DNA of 64,000 nucleotides from Candidatus Moanibacter sp. (GCA_965215885.1 CBDCEW010000098.1:84957-148956); one strand, 5' to 3'. Numbered from the stretch's first letter, positions 29,779 through 40,707 are shown. Numbers and translations are program-made. Notes: generated from the sequence alone by a model not told the origin.

Positions 29779-30930
29779 TCACTTTTGCACCCGATGGCAC
29801 GGTTCCTCGTTCGGATAAGTGACAAACCCACGAATTAATTGATCCGCACCCAGTACGGCGTGTTCCACCTGGTCGAGGCGAAAACCAGCACCCACTTCGA
29901 GCGGCTGTTGTCCCACGAACATAGGTAATGCTCTTTCGTCAGCAAAAAAGAGGGGCGAACGATAGCTGAAGAGATAGTCAAGTTCGCGATTTTCCAATAA
30001 CGAGCTCAGCAGCCTAGATCCCCCCTCGAAATAGACGCCTTCAATATCATTTTCAACGCATCTTCGCCGAAAATCCGTCAGAGAAACTCCTCCCTCCGCT
30101 TCAGGCAATGTCCAGCCTTTGATTCCTGATTCGCTCAACCGGCTTTTGAGCGAAGGATCCGAGGACTCTCCCGTAACAACGAATGTGTTGTCTCTGAATT
30201 CGTCCGTATACACCGAAGGGAGGGGTTCCCGGACCGTCCGCATTCGAGTGTCGAATACAAACCGGATCGGGCACCAAACCTCTCCATTTCTTCGGCTCGT
30301 AAGCCTCGGATCGTCTGCCAAAACGGTGCCTGAACCAACCGCGATGGCTGGAAACAGTCGCCGCCAATCCATCACATCCTCTCTCGCTCTTTCACCGGTG
30401 ATCCACTGAGAGCTTCCGCTGCGGGTGGCTACGCGCCCGTCCAGCGTGGTGGCAGCCTTACCTGCGAAGAGAGGCCGCTCTCTCCTAACCCGAAAATTGA
30501 ATATCAGGTTCAGGTCCTCGCATTCCTTCTCAAGAACTCCACTAAGTACTTCGACCCCCTGGCGCCGTATGATTTCTACGCCCAGTCCTCTATGTTGCAA
30601 ATAGGGATCGATCGCTCCGATTACGACCCGTTTTATTCCGGCTTTGATAATCGCCTCCGTGCATGGTGGGGTACGCCCCTGAGTAGAGCAGGGTTCCAGG
30701 GTAACATAGAGACAAGCTTGTGAGGATAGGGTGTTTTCAATCTGGTTGAGTGCGCGCACTTCAGCATGCGGTCCGCCGGCTTTTTCGTGGTAGCCTTCTC
30801 CCACGATCTTGTCACTGTCCACGACAACAGCTCCAACCATCGGATTCGGATGCGTTGTGCCCCACCCTCGACGTGCCAGTTCGAGCGCACGTCGCATATA
30901 TTTGATGTCTGTGGTCGAGAGAGACGCCAT
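29779..30930 (-). CDS. ribD: Riboflavin biosynthesis deaminase/reductase
   Basis: PNPMVG, HAE, TLEPC...PPC, EGG. Confidence 0.95.
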   Translation of the reverse strand: MASLSTTDIKYMRRALELARRGWGTTHPNPMVGAVVVDSDKIVGEGYHEKAGGPHAEVRALNQIENTLSSQACLYVTLEPCSTQGRTPPCTEAIIKAGIKRVVIGAIDPYLQHRGLGVEIIRRQGVEVLSGVLEKECEDLNLIFNFRVRRERPLFAGKAATTLDGRVATRSGSSQWITGERAREDVMDWRRLFPAIAVGSGTVLADDPRLTSRRNGEVWCPIRFVFDTRMRTVREPLPSVYTDEFRDNTFVVTGESSDPSLKSRLSESGIKGWTLPEAEGGVSLTDFRRRCVENDIEGVYFEGGSRLLSSLLENRELDYLFSYRSPLFFADERALPMFVGQQPLEVGAGFRLDQVEHAVLGADQLIRGFVTYPNEEPCHRVQK

Positions 30931-30979
30931 TTTACCTATCCCGCTTCCAACAAACTGTAAGTCGAAACATTGCTCTCTA

Positions 30980-31612
30980 CTATGCCCTCACGAACGGATT
31001 CGTTGTGCGTTCGCGCTCCACCGTAGTTTGTGGACCGTGTCCCGGGAATAACACTGTTTCTTCAGGTAGAGAGTATATTCTATCACGAATCGACTGCTCG
31101 AGGAGCGCCTGGCTACACCCCGGAAAATCTGTCCGCCCAATGCTCCCCGCAAATATCGCATCACCGGTAATAGCGAACTTCAGCTCCTCGAAATAGAATA
31201 GAATGCTGCCCGCGCTGTGCCCCGGAACGTGGCGAATTTCCATCGATTTTCCCCACACTTTTAGAATTTCGCCATCCGAGAGAAAGTGGTCCACCCTCCC
31301 AGGTAACATTTCCACTCCCGGCATGGCAAACTCGGCCATTTCGCCGGGAGCTGCGATGAGTTCGAGATCGGCTCGATGGGCATAGACAGGTACACCAAGC
31401 TCGGAGATGCGCGCCACATCAAGAATATGATCCCAGTGCCCGTGCGTGAGATAGAGAGCCTGCAACATACAACGCTCGTTCTTCAATCGGGGTTCAACGG
31501 CCTTCCAAGCCGACATTGGGGCATCGAACAAGACGGCTTCCTTTGCCTCCGAGTTAATAAGCAGGTAGGCATTGGTTCCGATGGGCGGAAGTTCAAAGAT
31601 CTTTACTTCCAT
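30980..31612 (-). CDS. MBL-fold metallo-hydrolase (glyoxalase II-like)
   Basis: THGHWDH, PGHS, GD, GRTD, PGHG. Confidence 0.9.
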   Translation of the reverse strand: MEVKIFELPPIGTNAYLLINSEAKEAVLFDAPMSAWKAVEPRLKNERCMLQALYLTHGHWDHILDVARISELGVPVYAHRADLELIAAPGEMAEFAMPGVEMLPGRVDHFLSDGEILKVWGKSMEIRHVPGHSAGSILFYFEELKFAITGDAIFAGSIGRTDFPGCSQALLEQSIRDRIYSLPEETVLFPGHGPQTTVERERTTNPFVRA

Positions 31613-31849
31613 CGAATCAAAATTGAACAGCCAGGAATCTGTAGGACTTCGTTTTCCTAACATCCCTGTGATGCAGAGAGACGACTATTACGACACTAGG
31701 CTTGCTTTTCAATAAACTATCGCCTTTAACCCGCATATCTTACCGGCTAGGAATCTGTCGGAATGAAATCGAGTATCTGTTCCGAAAAAAGCATAATGTC
31801 CGATCCCGGCTTGCCGGGACCAGGCCTGTTGACCAAATAATCTCCATAA

Positions 31850-32917
31850 ATGAGCAACAGCTACAAAATTGCAGTAATTCCAGGCGACGGGACGGGCCCG
31901 GAGGTCACCGTCGAGGCGATCAAGGTTCTTAGGAAGGCGGGGACTGCCTTTGATTTCGACCTGGATTTTCACGAATTCGAATTCGGAGGCGACCGCTTCT
32001 TGAAAACAGGTGAGACATTGCCCGATTCCGCCGTGGATGAGTTGGCGCGCTTCGACGCTATCCTCCTCGGTGCGATTGGTCACCCAGATGTGAAACCCGG
32101 GATCCTTGAAAAAGGGATACTCTTGAAACTGCGGTTTGAACTCGATCAGTATATCAACCTCCGGCCTGTTAAGCTCTTCCCTGGGGTCGAGACCCCCTTG
32201 AAAGGCAAAGGGCCGAAAGAAATCGACTACGTCGTTGTGCGCGAAAATATCGGTGATCTTTACACCGGCGCCGGGGGCTTCACAATGAAGGGCACGCCAC
32301 AGGAAGTTGCCATTCAGACATCGATGTATACGCGCTTTCAGGTGGATCGTTGCCTCAAATATGCCTTTGAGTACACCCGTCGGCGAAATAGGAAAGGCAC
32401 GCTTGCCCTCTGCGGTAAAACAAACGTTCTTACTTACGTTTACGATCTCTGGGAGCGTGCTTTCCATGAAATGGGAGAGAAAGATTTTTCAGACATAGCG
32501 CGGGAATACTACCATGTCGATGCCGTCTGCATGTGGATGGTGAAAAATCCCGAGTGGTTCGACGTCATCGTGACCGGGAATATGTTCGGTGACATCATCA
32601 CCGATCTTGGAGCTATGACCCAGGGAGGTATGGGTATTGCAGCGGGTGGAAACATCAATCCCGAAGGCGTGAGCATGTTTGAACCTATTGGTGGCTCAGC
32701 TCCCAAATATACGGGTAAGTTAGTAATCAATCCGTTGGCTGCAATCTGCGCCGGCACCATGATACTGGAAACCCTGGGTGAATCTGCCGCCGCCGAGGCG
32801 ATTGAGAAAGCTGTAATCGACGTAACCGCGCATAAACTCAAAAGTCTTCAGGCCGGCCAAATGGGATACAACACGAATGAGGTGGGAGATCTCGTCGCGG
32901 AACGTATCGTGCCATGA
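31850..32917 (+). CDS. leuB: 3-isopropylmalate dehydrogenase
   Basis: [35 protein letters not shown]. Confidence 0.88.
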   Translation: MSNSYKIAVIPGDGTGPEVTVEAIKVLRKAGTAFDFDLDFHEFEFGGDRFLKTGETLPDSAVDELARFDAILLGAIGHPDVKPGILEKGILLKLRFELDQYINLRPVKLFPGVETPLKGKGPKEIDYVVVRENIGDLYTGAGGFTMKGTPQEVAIQTSMYTRFQVDRCLKYAFEYTRRRNRKGTLALCGKTNVLTYVYDLWERAFHEMGEKDFSDIAREYYHVDAVCMWMVKNPEWFDVIVTGNMFGDIITDLGAMTQGGMGIAAGGNINPEGVSMFEPIGGSAPKYTGKLVINPLAAICAGTMILETLGESAAAEAIEKAVIDVTAHKLKSLQAGQMGYNTNEVGDLVAERIVP

Positions 32918-35601
32918 ATTCGGTCGAGATACGGCAGTCCTTTCTGGATTTCTTCAAGTCTAAGCAGCACGCTATCGTGCCGTCCGCTCCACTATTGCCC
33001 AGTTCGCCAAACCTTCTCTTCACCAATGCCGGGATGAATCAGTTCGTCCCCTATTTTCTCGAAGAGCGTGAGCCTCCCTGGAAACGCGCCGCCGACACTC
33101 AGAAGTGTATACGGGCGGGCGGTAAACACAACGATCTTGAAGACGTCGGGTTCGACACTTCTCACCACACTTTCTTCGAAATGCTCGGAAACTGGTCATT
33201 CGGCGACTATTTCAAGAAAGAAGCCATCGCTTGGGCCTGGGAGCTGCTGACCGAAGTTTGGGGGCTTCCCAAGAATCGACTTTACGCGACCATTTACAAG
33301 CCCGGACCGGAAGAACCGGCCGAATTTGACGAAGAGGCATGGGAGTACTGGTCGGCGATTTTCGAAAGCGAAAGCCTCGATCCCAAGGTTCATATTCAAC
33401 CCTTTGGAATGAAGGATAACTTTTGGATGATGGCGGAAACAGGACCGTGTGGGCCCAATAGCGAGATCCACATCGATTTTACTCCCGAGGCAGATACGCG
33501 CGGCAGCTTGGTCAACACGGATTCGCCCTTCTGCCTCGAGGTCTGGAATCTCGTTTTTATTCAATATAACGCTGCAGCCGATGGGACATTTTCTCCGCTT
33601 CCCTCCAAACATGTGGATACCGGACTCGGTTTCGATCGGATAGCGGGGATCTTCGCCACAACGCGAAATCTATCCGATTACTCGGCGCCTCCTTCCACCT
33701 ACGACAGCGATCTGTTTACGGATACCTTCTCATCGCTCACCGAAATGTCCGGCCATCAATACCAGCACACAATTCCGAAACCCCGTGAAAAATTGTCTGA
33801 GATCGAGATGAAGGACTGCGCCTTTCGAGTCCTTGCCGATCACATTCGAGCGCTCTCTTGTTCTATAGCCGACGGCATCCTTCCCGGAAACGACGGCCGC
33901 CACTATGTCCTTCGCCGCATTCTGCGCCGCGCCGTCCTCTTTTCCAAACGAATCAATCTCCCGATCGGATCGTTTTCGAAGCTCGTAGATCCCTGCATTG
34001 CGAAACTGGGCGCGGTGTTTCCGGAATTGGAAGCCCAGAGAGAAGTCATCCACCGCGTAATCTCTTCCGAAGAAGAGACCTTTGAGCGGACCATCGATCG
34101 CGGGCTGCAGATGTTCGACAAAGTAGCGGCGAGGAGTAAAGGTGAGATATCCGGAAAGGATGCATTTATACTTTATGACACCTATGGATTCCCTATCGAC
34201 CTTACCCAGATAATCGCCCGAGAGCGCGATCTCAAAATCGATCTCCCGGGATTTGAAGAAGAGATGGATAGACAGCGCCAACGCGCCCGCGATGCGCGGA
34301 AGAAAGTCGCCATCACAGTCTCGGAAGACGATGAATCCACTACCGAGAAGACGATCTTCACGGGATATAGCCGAGAGAATCTTGAATCTTTCAACGCTTC
34401 CGTCATCGCATCGATGCGTGATGGCAACAGTGGCTACCTCGTCTTCGATCGAACCCCCTTTTATGGTGAAATGGGTGGTCAGATAGGTGATACTGGAACC
34501 GTTGAAATCGAAGGCCGACAGTACCCGGTCAGCGATACCATCCGGGATTCCTCCGATCGCTTTCTGCACAAGATCGAAACCGACGAATTCGAGGACTTAA
34601 TAGGGAAAGAAGCGATTCTCACGGTCGATCGCGAGAGGCGCCTGGGCATTCAACGGCACCACACCGCGACTCATGTTCTGCACTGGGCGCTTCGAAAAGT
34701 CCTCGGCTTCCATGTAAGACAGGCCGGCTCCCTGGTTACGGACGACCGTTTGCGCTTCGACTTCTCGCATTTTGAACAACCGACAAAAGAGCAATTGCAG
34801 AATATTGAGACACTTGCTAATCGCCACATCCTCGAAAATTCCGACGTTTCCTGGTACGAAGTGCCCTTCAGCGAAAAACCGGAGGATGCGATCGCTTTTT
34901 TCGGGGAAAAATACGGCGGCACTGTCAGGGTTGTGGATATTGGAGGATGGTCGCTCGAGCTATGTGGAGGCACACATGTAAGCGCAACCGGTGAATTGGG
35001 CTTGATTAAGGTCGTCCAGGAGTCGGCCATCGCCGCCGGAACCCGTCGGATTGAAGCCCTCGTCGGTGAAAGCGCCTTCAGTTTGGTGGAAAGCACTCTC
35101 GAACAGTTGTCCTCCCTCTCCCGTCAGCTATCCTGCCAACCGCGGGAAGTCGAAGGGCGCGTGGCGTCGCTTCTTCAGGGGAGGAGTGCTTTGGAGAGTG
35201 AAATCCGGGGTTTAAGCCATAAGCGATCTGCCGCCCAGGCCAGTGATTTGGCTGAAGAGGCGAAGCGTTTCGGCGATCTCCATTTTGTCGTAGCCAAGGT
35301 CAATGTGAAAGGTCCGGGGGACCTCCGTCCACTGGCCATGCAAGTGGCTGAAAAACTCAAGTCCGGCGTCGTCGTGCTCGGTTGCGCCCATCGTGACAAA
35401 GTTAACATCCTCGCCTTGTTGACCCCTGACGCCGTTTCTGCGGGATATAACGCCGGAGAGATCATTCGAAGCCTCGCCGGCCAGTTAGGAGGACGCGGAG
35501 GGGGCAAACCCGATTTCGCGACTGGTGGCGGAGACCAGCCGGAGAAACTTGAAAGCGTACTACAGAACTATCTTGGTTCAGTCGTGGGATTTCCGGGCTA
35601 G
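32914..35601 (+). CDS. alaS: Alanyl-tRNA synthetase
   Basis: FTNAGMNQF, HHTFFEMLGNWSFGDYFK, HTATH, ELCGGTH, GGGK. Confidence 0.97.
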   Translation: MNSVEIRQSFLDFFKSKQHAIVPSAPLLPSSPNLLFTNAGMNQFVPYFLEEREPPWKRAADTQKCIRAGGKHNDLEDVGFDTSHHTFFEMLGNWSFGDYFKKEAIAWAWELLTEVWGLPKNRLYATIYKPGPEEPAEFDEEAWEYWSAIFESESLDPKVHIQPFGMKDNFWMMAETGPCGPNSEIHIDFTPEADTRGSLVNTDSPFCLEVWNLVFIQYNAAADGTFSPLPSKHVDTGLGFDRIAGIFATTRNLSDYSAPPSTYDSDLFTDTFSSLTEMSGHQYQHTIPKPREKLSEIEMKDCAFRVLADHIRALSCSIADGILPGNDGRHYVLRRILRRAVLFSKRINLPIGSFSKLVDPCIAKLGAVFPELEAQREVIHRVISSEEETFERTIDRGLQMFDKVAARSKGEISGKDAFILYDTYGFPIDLTQIIARERDLKIDLPGFEEEMDRQRQRARDARKKVAITVSEDDESTTEKTIFTGYSRENLESFNASVIASMRDGNSGYLVFDRTPFYGEMGGQIGDTGTVEIEGRQYPVSDTIRDSSDRFLHKIETDEFEDLIGKEAILTVDRERRLGIQRHHTATHVLHWALRKVLGFHVRQAGSLVTDDRLRFDFSHFEQPTKEQLQNIETLANRHILENSDVSWYEVPFSEKPEDAIAFFGEKYGGTVRVVDIGGWSLELCGGTHVSATGELGLIKVVQESAIAAGTRRIEALVGESAFSLVESTLEQLSSLSRQLSCQPREVEGRVASLLQGRSALESEIRGLSHKRSAAQASDLAEEAKRFGDLHFVVAKVNVKGPGDLRPLAMQVAEKLKSGVVVLGCAHRDKVNILALLTPDAVSAGYNAGEIIRSLAGQLGGRGGGKPDFATGGGDQPEKLESVLQNYLGSVVGFPG

Positions 35602-35679
35602 TCCCGGCAAGCCGGGATCGAGCTTATTCGAACTCGTTTCATCAGGCTGCCAGCCCGAAACAGACAAGAGGTGTAGCAG

Positions 35680-36921
35680 GTGCAGGGTCAAATAGAGAAA
35701 TTTCTTGAAGACCGTCAGACCGATATGGTCGATGTTTTGAGGCAACTTGTACAGATCCCAACCATAAACCTGCCTGGTGAGAATTTCTGTGAGTGTGCTA
35801 CGTTCTTGAATACTCGCCTCCAGGAGCTGGGTTTCTCCAGCGCCATACACAAGGTCCCACAGCAGGAACTTCAGGCAGCGCTCCCCGATTGTGCTGATTT
35901 CCCTCGATACAATGTCTATGGACTCTGGGACGTCGGTGCGCAGAAGACTGTCCACTTCAACGCTCACTATGATGTGGTCCCCGTATCTGACGGCTGGAGA
36001 TTTCCACCCTTCTCGGCAACGATTGATAAGAACGTTATCTATGGACGCGGTACAGCGGACATGAAAGGAGCTATTGCCGCTCTCTTGCATGCCGTTAGCG
36101 CATTTATGTCGACCGGTCGGATTCCGAAGATGAATGTCGAAATCTCATTCGTTTGCGATGAGGAAATAGGCGGCGAATTGGGCTCCAACTTCGTTGTGCG
36201 GAGAGGGCTTCCAAAAGCTGACTTCGCGGTCGTCTGTGAGGGCGCCTCTCGCAATCAGGTGGGTGTTGGCCACAATGGAGTCATCTGGCTGGAAGTGCGA
36301 TTTTCGGGCAGGTCGGCTCATGCCAGCCGACCCCAGGAAGGAGTCAATGCTTTTGTGCAGATGGCTGCTCTTGTCCAGGAGCTCGAAAGTTTTGCGCAGG
36401 ATCGATCGGGGCACACTTTTCAACTTTCCGATGGCCGTGAGATGTCGCCCACCCTAACCCTCGGAGGCACTTTTGGCCAGGGCGGCGGTGCAAAGACGAA
36501 TATCGTTCCTCGGGATGCATGGTTTACTTTGGATCGAAGGGTGCTGCCCAACGAAGACCATGAAGCGGTTGAAAGGGATCTTCGTGCCTCTATTGGTCGG
36601 ATTTGCCAGTCATTTTCCAATTCGGACGTCGAGATTATCACTATTCACTCCGCCGGTTCATTCCACACTCCTGAATCCGGCAACCTTCCAAAAGCGCTCG
36701 CTCATGCCGTCCAGTCCGTCCACCAGGGCCCTGTCCAATACCACGTCACTCCCGGATTCACCGATGCGCGATTTTTTGGACAGGATCTTGGAGTCCCCAC
36801 CGTCGGATACGGCACCGGAGGTGCGAACTTCCATGGCGTCGACGAGCACCTCGCCCTCGATGATCTCCTCGCCACGAGTAAAGTCTACGCCTCCTTTATG
36901 GCAAGAGACATTCCCTCCTAA
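35680..36921 (+). CDS. M20 family (ArgE/DapE-like) deacylase
   Basis: HYDVVP, GRGTADMKG, DEE, FTD, HGVDE. Confidence 0.9.
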   Translation: MQGQIEKFLEDRQTDMVDVLRQLVQIPTINLPGENFCECATFLNTRLQELGFSSAIHKVPQQELQAALPDCADFPRYNVYGLWDVGAQKTVHFNAHYDVVPVSDGWRFPPFSATIDKNVIYGRGTADMKGAIAALLHAVSAFMSTGRIPKMNVEISFVCDEEIGGELGSNFVVRRGLPKADFAVVCEGASRNQVGVGHNGVIWLEVRFSGRSAHASRPQEGVNAFVQMAALVQELESFAQDRSGHTFQLSDGREMSPTLTLGGTFGQGGGAKTNIVPRDAWFTLDRRVLPNEDHEAVERDLRASIGRICQSFSNSDVEIITIHSAGSFHTPESGNLPKALAHAVQSVHQGPVQYHVTPGFTDARFFGQDLGVPTVGYGTGGANFHGVDEHLALDDLLATSKVYASFMARDIPS

Positions 36922-37196
36922 TCGACTCTCCTCAATCCCTTAGACTGAACTCCCACACATAAAACCCGCTTCAATGAACACTCCCCGTCCCGGCATGCCG
37001 CGGACGGTGTATCTGACTCTTTCGCCAATAGGTCCGTAACTGCCTTTGCTCATTACGAAGTTGAAACAAACGTCCCCGGAGGGGCCGTTCCACCACTAAC
37101 ATCCTTGCTACTGGTGGATCGGGCGCTCCGCGCACGATGACCATACAGTCAAGTCAGCACCCCGTCCCGGGACGGGGAATTTCCAAGTCAAAAATA

Positions 37197-37610
37197 ATGA
37201 AATTCCCATATTTAGAAAAGCACGAAGAGGAGGACTGCGTACTCGCGTTGTTTGCCAAGGCGTTCGGCCACCCGGCACGGTTGCGGATCTTGCGATATCT
37301 TTACGAAGGGGGGCCGAGTCTGTGTGGCGACATCGCGGACCAAATACCCCTAACCTTCGGTCCCTTATCCAGGCACTTGAGAATCCTGAGAGAAACTGGA
37401 ATCATACACGGCACACCGGAAGGTGTTAACATCCGTTATCGAATCGAACCCGCCATTCGAAAGCTATTCGCAAAACAGCTCAAAGGGATAAGAAGCGCCA
37501 AAGTTGATACAGCAGCGATCAAGGAGAATACGCTCAAGATGCTGGCGGAAGCGTTACTAGCAGTCTTGGAATTTCCTTCCGACGTCCGCAGGACTTCGCA
37601 GTATCTCTGA
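37197..37610 (+). CDS. ArsR/SmtB family regulator
   Basis: AKAFGHPARLRIL, SRHLRILRETGII. Confidence 0.8.
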   Translation: MKFPYLEKHEEEDCVLALFAKAFGHPARLRILRYLYEGGPSLCGDIADQIPLTFGPLSRHLRILRETGIIHGTPEGVNIRYRIEPAIRKLFAKQLKGIRSAKVDTAAIKENTLKMLAEALLAVLEFPSDVRRTSQYL

Positions 37611-37669
37611 TTCAAAGATCGGGTCGGGGCGGAATCGCAATTCGCCTTGGGACGGTGCCGGGAATCTAC

Positions 37670-37933
37670 CTAGACGAAGAAATATAGAGCTTTATGGGCG
37701 AGCACTCCAATGCCAAAAGTTCCGGCGATGAGTACGATCGCACATCCCTTCGCCTCGCTTTTAAACTTGTCCGGATACTGCTCCCGTAGCTCTGCCATCA
37801 GTTCATCGACGAAATCCTTCGCTTCCACAAGTCCAAGCCCTGTCGCCGCGCGATAGATTTTTATCGCCTCGATTTTACGGCCCGCGAGCAATGCATCCGT
37901 TATTTTTTGGGTGTCTTCTTCTGATAGTGACAT
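37670..37933 (-). CDS. Small protein: L7/L12 C-terminal-like domain plus C-terminal TM helix
   Basis: KIEAIKIYRAATGLGLVEAKDFVD; hydrophobic tail. Confidence 0.65.
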   Translation of the reverse strand: MSLSEEDTQKITDALLAGRKIEAIKIYRAATGLGLVEAKDFVDELMAELREQYPDKFKSEAKGCAIVLIAGTFGIGVLAHKALYFFV

Positions 37934-37986
37934 CGAATAGCCTCAATCTGGAGTCAAAGGCGGCATCTCTGGTTGGGTTGTTCGCA

Positions 37987-38406
37987 TCACTCCAATCCCA
38001 GATATATCTGCAGCTCAGCCGCGAATGCCTCTTCCGCATCATTCTCGGCACCATCAGAAACGAACAGCCTCCGACAGACTTTTGCAGCTCGCTCTTTCGC
38101 TTCACTAGTCTCAAGTCTGTCGGTGATGTAGGAGAACAACTCACTCCTCGAATCATCATTGTGTCTCGCGTCGCGAATGCGCTGGGTGGCACGTTCAAGC
38201 TAGTGCTCCGCCGTGACTGTCGATTCCCAATTAAATGAATCAATCTCGTCTTTTATAATCTTGTCTTCTGATATCGCCAGATGGTTGTCCGCATACATCG
38301 CAAACACCAGCAGGTCGATCATTGCTTCTCTCTGTTTCTGATTGAGACGGTCGCTTCCCGCTGAAGCCTTGGAGGACCTGAATAGTAGCTCGATTGGATT
38401 CTTCAT
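37987..38406 (-). pseudogene. TerB-like protein split by an in-frame TAG at 38200-38202
   Basis: MYADNHLAISE before the stop; same frame continues LERATQRIRD...LFVSDGAENDAE to TGA at 37987. Confidence 0.65.
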
Positions 38407-38662
38407 ATATTTTACACTATGACGATTCTTCGAGTAGTGTCTAACAATCGAATTGTCCCGCAGATTGAATCAGTCTCATGAGTTGCGCAAGCGTTTAGCC
38501 CGTATTTCTCAACGAAGTCCGATTCCAACTGAATACCGCCACCGGAACCGTGTGGTAGACGTAACTCGAGACGCCTTCGTGGAGAGACAATGACTTGCAG
38601 AAATCTCTCGTGCTGCGATTCTGATCGAATGAAATGGCCATATTCTCGACGATTTTCTTCCA

Positions 38663-39784
38663 CTAGGAATCTGTCGAACCTGGTCCCGGCATGCCGGGAC
38701 CAGGTTCGACAGATTCCTCACGGGTCGTTTCTATCTGCTTTCTAAATTTTCGATAGAGGCCTCGAAACTGATGATAGGTTAATCCGAGTATATCGGCCGC
38801 CTTACCCTGGTGGTAACGGCTTTTCTCCAATGCATTTTTGAGCGCGCCCAGTTCCAACTCACCGAGCATTTCTTTCAGGCTCTTCTGACCGAGAAGGGGT
38901 GGCTCAAAGGATGCCCTCTTGTCGCGCCACTGCGCTGCATCAGATTTCTCTTTTACACGCAGAGCCTCGTAAGGCGAGCGGAAGGGGTCGAACTCGATTT
39001 CATCCACTAAGCCCTGTCCCGACCGGAATACCGCCCTTTCCACGACATTCTTGAGCTCCCTCACGTTACCTGGCCAGCCATAATTCTCCAAAGACTCAAT
39101 TGCCCTGTCGCTGAATTCGGGCACTTCAGCTCGACCTAACTCAAGGGCCATTCTTGCGGCGAAATGCCTTGCGAGCAACATTACATCGTCGCGTCGCTCC
39201 CGCAGGGGCGGGAGAAAGAGCACTTCGAAGGAGAGCCGATCGAGCAGATCCTGTTTGAACTCTCCACGTCCCGCCAATTCGGGAAGATCGGCGTTGGTCG
39301 CTCCGATTATGCGAACGTTGACATGAATCACCTCCGAACTCCCAACCCTCTCGAAAGCGCCATACTCCACAACACGCAGTATCTTCTGCTGCACTTCGAT
39401 CGGAATCAGTCCAATCTCGTCCAGGAAGAGGGTTCCTTCATTCGCGGCCTCGAAACGACCCCTGCGTCGCTTCCCCGCCCCCGTAAACGCTCCAGTCTCA
39501 TATCCAAAGAGTTCTGACTCCAGAAGGGAAGCCGTTAAGGCAGGACAATTGAGGGCAACGAGAGGACCCTGCCACCGCTCGGAAAGATAGTGGAGGCGCG
39601 CCGCCGCCAATTCCTTTCCGGTTCCCCGCTCACCCACAAGGAGAACAGGCCGGTCGACTTTTGCCACGCTTGATAGTTTCTCGAGAAAATGGAGGAAATT
39701 TTCCGACTGCCCGAGAGCTTCCGGCATTCCCTCGGATGCCTCTGTAGCCGCTTGTGAATAATGAGGTGTTAACTTGATTTGCAT
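38663..39784 (-). CDS. pspF: Sigma-54 activator of the phage shock operon
   Basis: GERGTGKEL, RLHYLS.RW, GAFTGA, DLLDRLSF, GLTYHQFR; no N-terminal sensor domain; divergent from pspA. Confidence 0.93.
   Translation of the reverse strand: MQIKLTPHYSQAATEASEGMPEALGQSENFLHFLEKLSSVAKVDRPVLLVGERGTGKELAAARLHYLSERWQGPLVALNCPALTASLLESELFGYETGAFTGAGKRRRGRFEAANEGTLFLDEIGLIPIEVQQKILRVVEYGAFERVGSSEVIHVNVRIIGATNADLPELAGRGEFKQDLLDRLSFEVLFLPPLRERRDDVMLLARHFAARMALELGRAEVPEFSDRAIESLENYGWPGNVRELKNVVERAVFRSGQGLVDEIEFDPFRSPYEALRVKEKSDAAQWRDKRASFEPPLLGQKSLKEMLGELELGALKNALEKSRYHQGKAADILGLTYHQFRGLYRKFRKQIETTREESVEPGPGMPGPGSTDS
38665..38718. repeat. Perfect 54-bp palindrome forming the 3' end of pspF
   Basis: AGGAATCTGTCGAACCTGGTCCCGGCA followed directly by its exact reverse complement. 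Confidence 0.9.
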
Positions 39785-39905
39785 GGTGAAAATTACCTAA
39801 TAATTGTTTTTTTAGCTAAATTATAGTTTATAGATTTCATTGCCGAAATCAAGTTTAAAGTCATAACATATTATACATTAATAAGTTATATCAAATTGTA
39901 GCGAT

Positions 39906-39921
39906 TGGCACAGGTGCTGCA
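39906..39921 (+). promoter_or_regulatory. Sigma-54 (-24/-12) promoter of pspA
   Basis: TGGCACAGGTGCTGCA: GG and GC separated by 10 nt, ~40 nt before pspA. Confidence 0.85.
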
Positions 39922-39960
39922 TAATGTTCCTGTAAAATTAAACAAAACAGGAGGAGAACA

Positions 39961-40644
39961 ATGGGAATATTTTCACGATTTCGAGACATTATCAGTTCAA
40001 ACATCAACGCAATGCTGGATAAGGCAGAAGACCCGGAGAAGCTCATAAAGCTGATGATCCAGGAGATGGAAGACACGCTTGTCGAGATCAAGGCCTCATG
40101 TGCCGGGACAATGGCAAGCCGCACGCGAGTCCTTCGAACGCTTGAAGAGGGCAAGCGACATGCAGTAAATTGGGCCCGAAAAGCGAGACGGGCGATTGAA
40201 AAAGAGCGTGAGGATCTGGCACGGGAAGCGCTTTTTGAGAAACGTCATTTTCAAGAGGAAGTAGAGAGCCTGGAGAAAGAGGCGCGCCAATTCTCAGAGA
40301 TCATCGAGCGGTTTCAATCTGACATCGCACAACTCGAGGAAAAACTGGCAGCCGCTCGCAATAAGCATGGCGTCCTGGTGCAGCGTCATGTTCACGCTGA
40401 GAAGAGGAATAAGGCTCGCACAAAGATACGTTTTTCTGAGACGTCCGATGTGTTCGCCCGTTTCGATTCCTTCGAAAATCGGATCGAGCGTATGGAAGCC
40501 GATGCTGATCTTGTCGACTACGGGCGCAAATCGACCATCGAAGACGAATGGGACAAACTTGAGAGCGACGATGAGATCGAAAGGGAAATGGAGGAACTAA
40601 AAAAGGAGTTAACGCAGGGTGCGGAGGATACCAAAGAGAAATAA
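39961..40644 (+). CDS. pspA: Phage shock protein A
   Basis: MGIFSRFRDIISSNINAMLDKAEDPEK..IQEMEDTLVE. Confidence 0.95.
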   Translation: MGIFSRFRDIISSNINAMLDKAEDPEKLIKLMIQEMEDTLVEIKASCAGTMASRTRVLRTLEEGKRHAVNWARKARRAIEKEREDLAREALFEKRHFQEEVESLEKEARQFSEIIERFQSDIAQLEEKLAAARNKHGVLVQRHVHAEKRNKARTKIRFSETSDVFARFDSFENRIERMEADADLVDYGRKSTIEDEWDKLESDDEIEREMEELKKELTQGAEDTKEK

Positions 40645-40707
40645 CTTCTCCTCCACAATTCTCTCTTTCAACATAATCTGTCGAAGCAGAAAGAGTAATT
40701 GGAAAAC

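Noticed and set aside
37670..37933. Ribosomal protein gene rplL
   Set aside because: Lacks the N-terminal dimerisation domain, has a TM tail, and is not next to rplJ/rpoB
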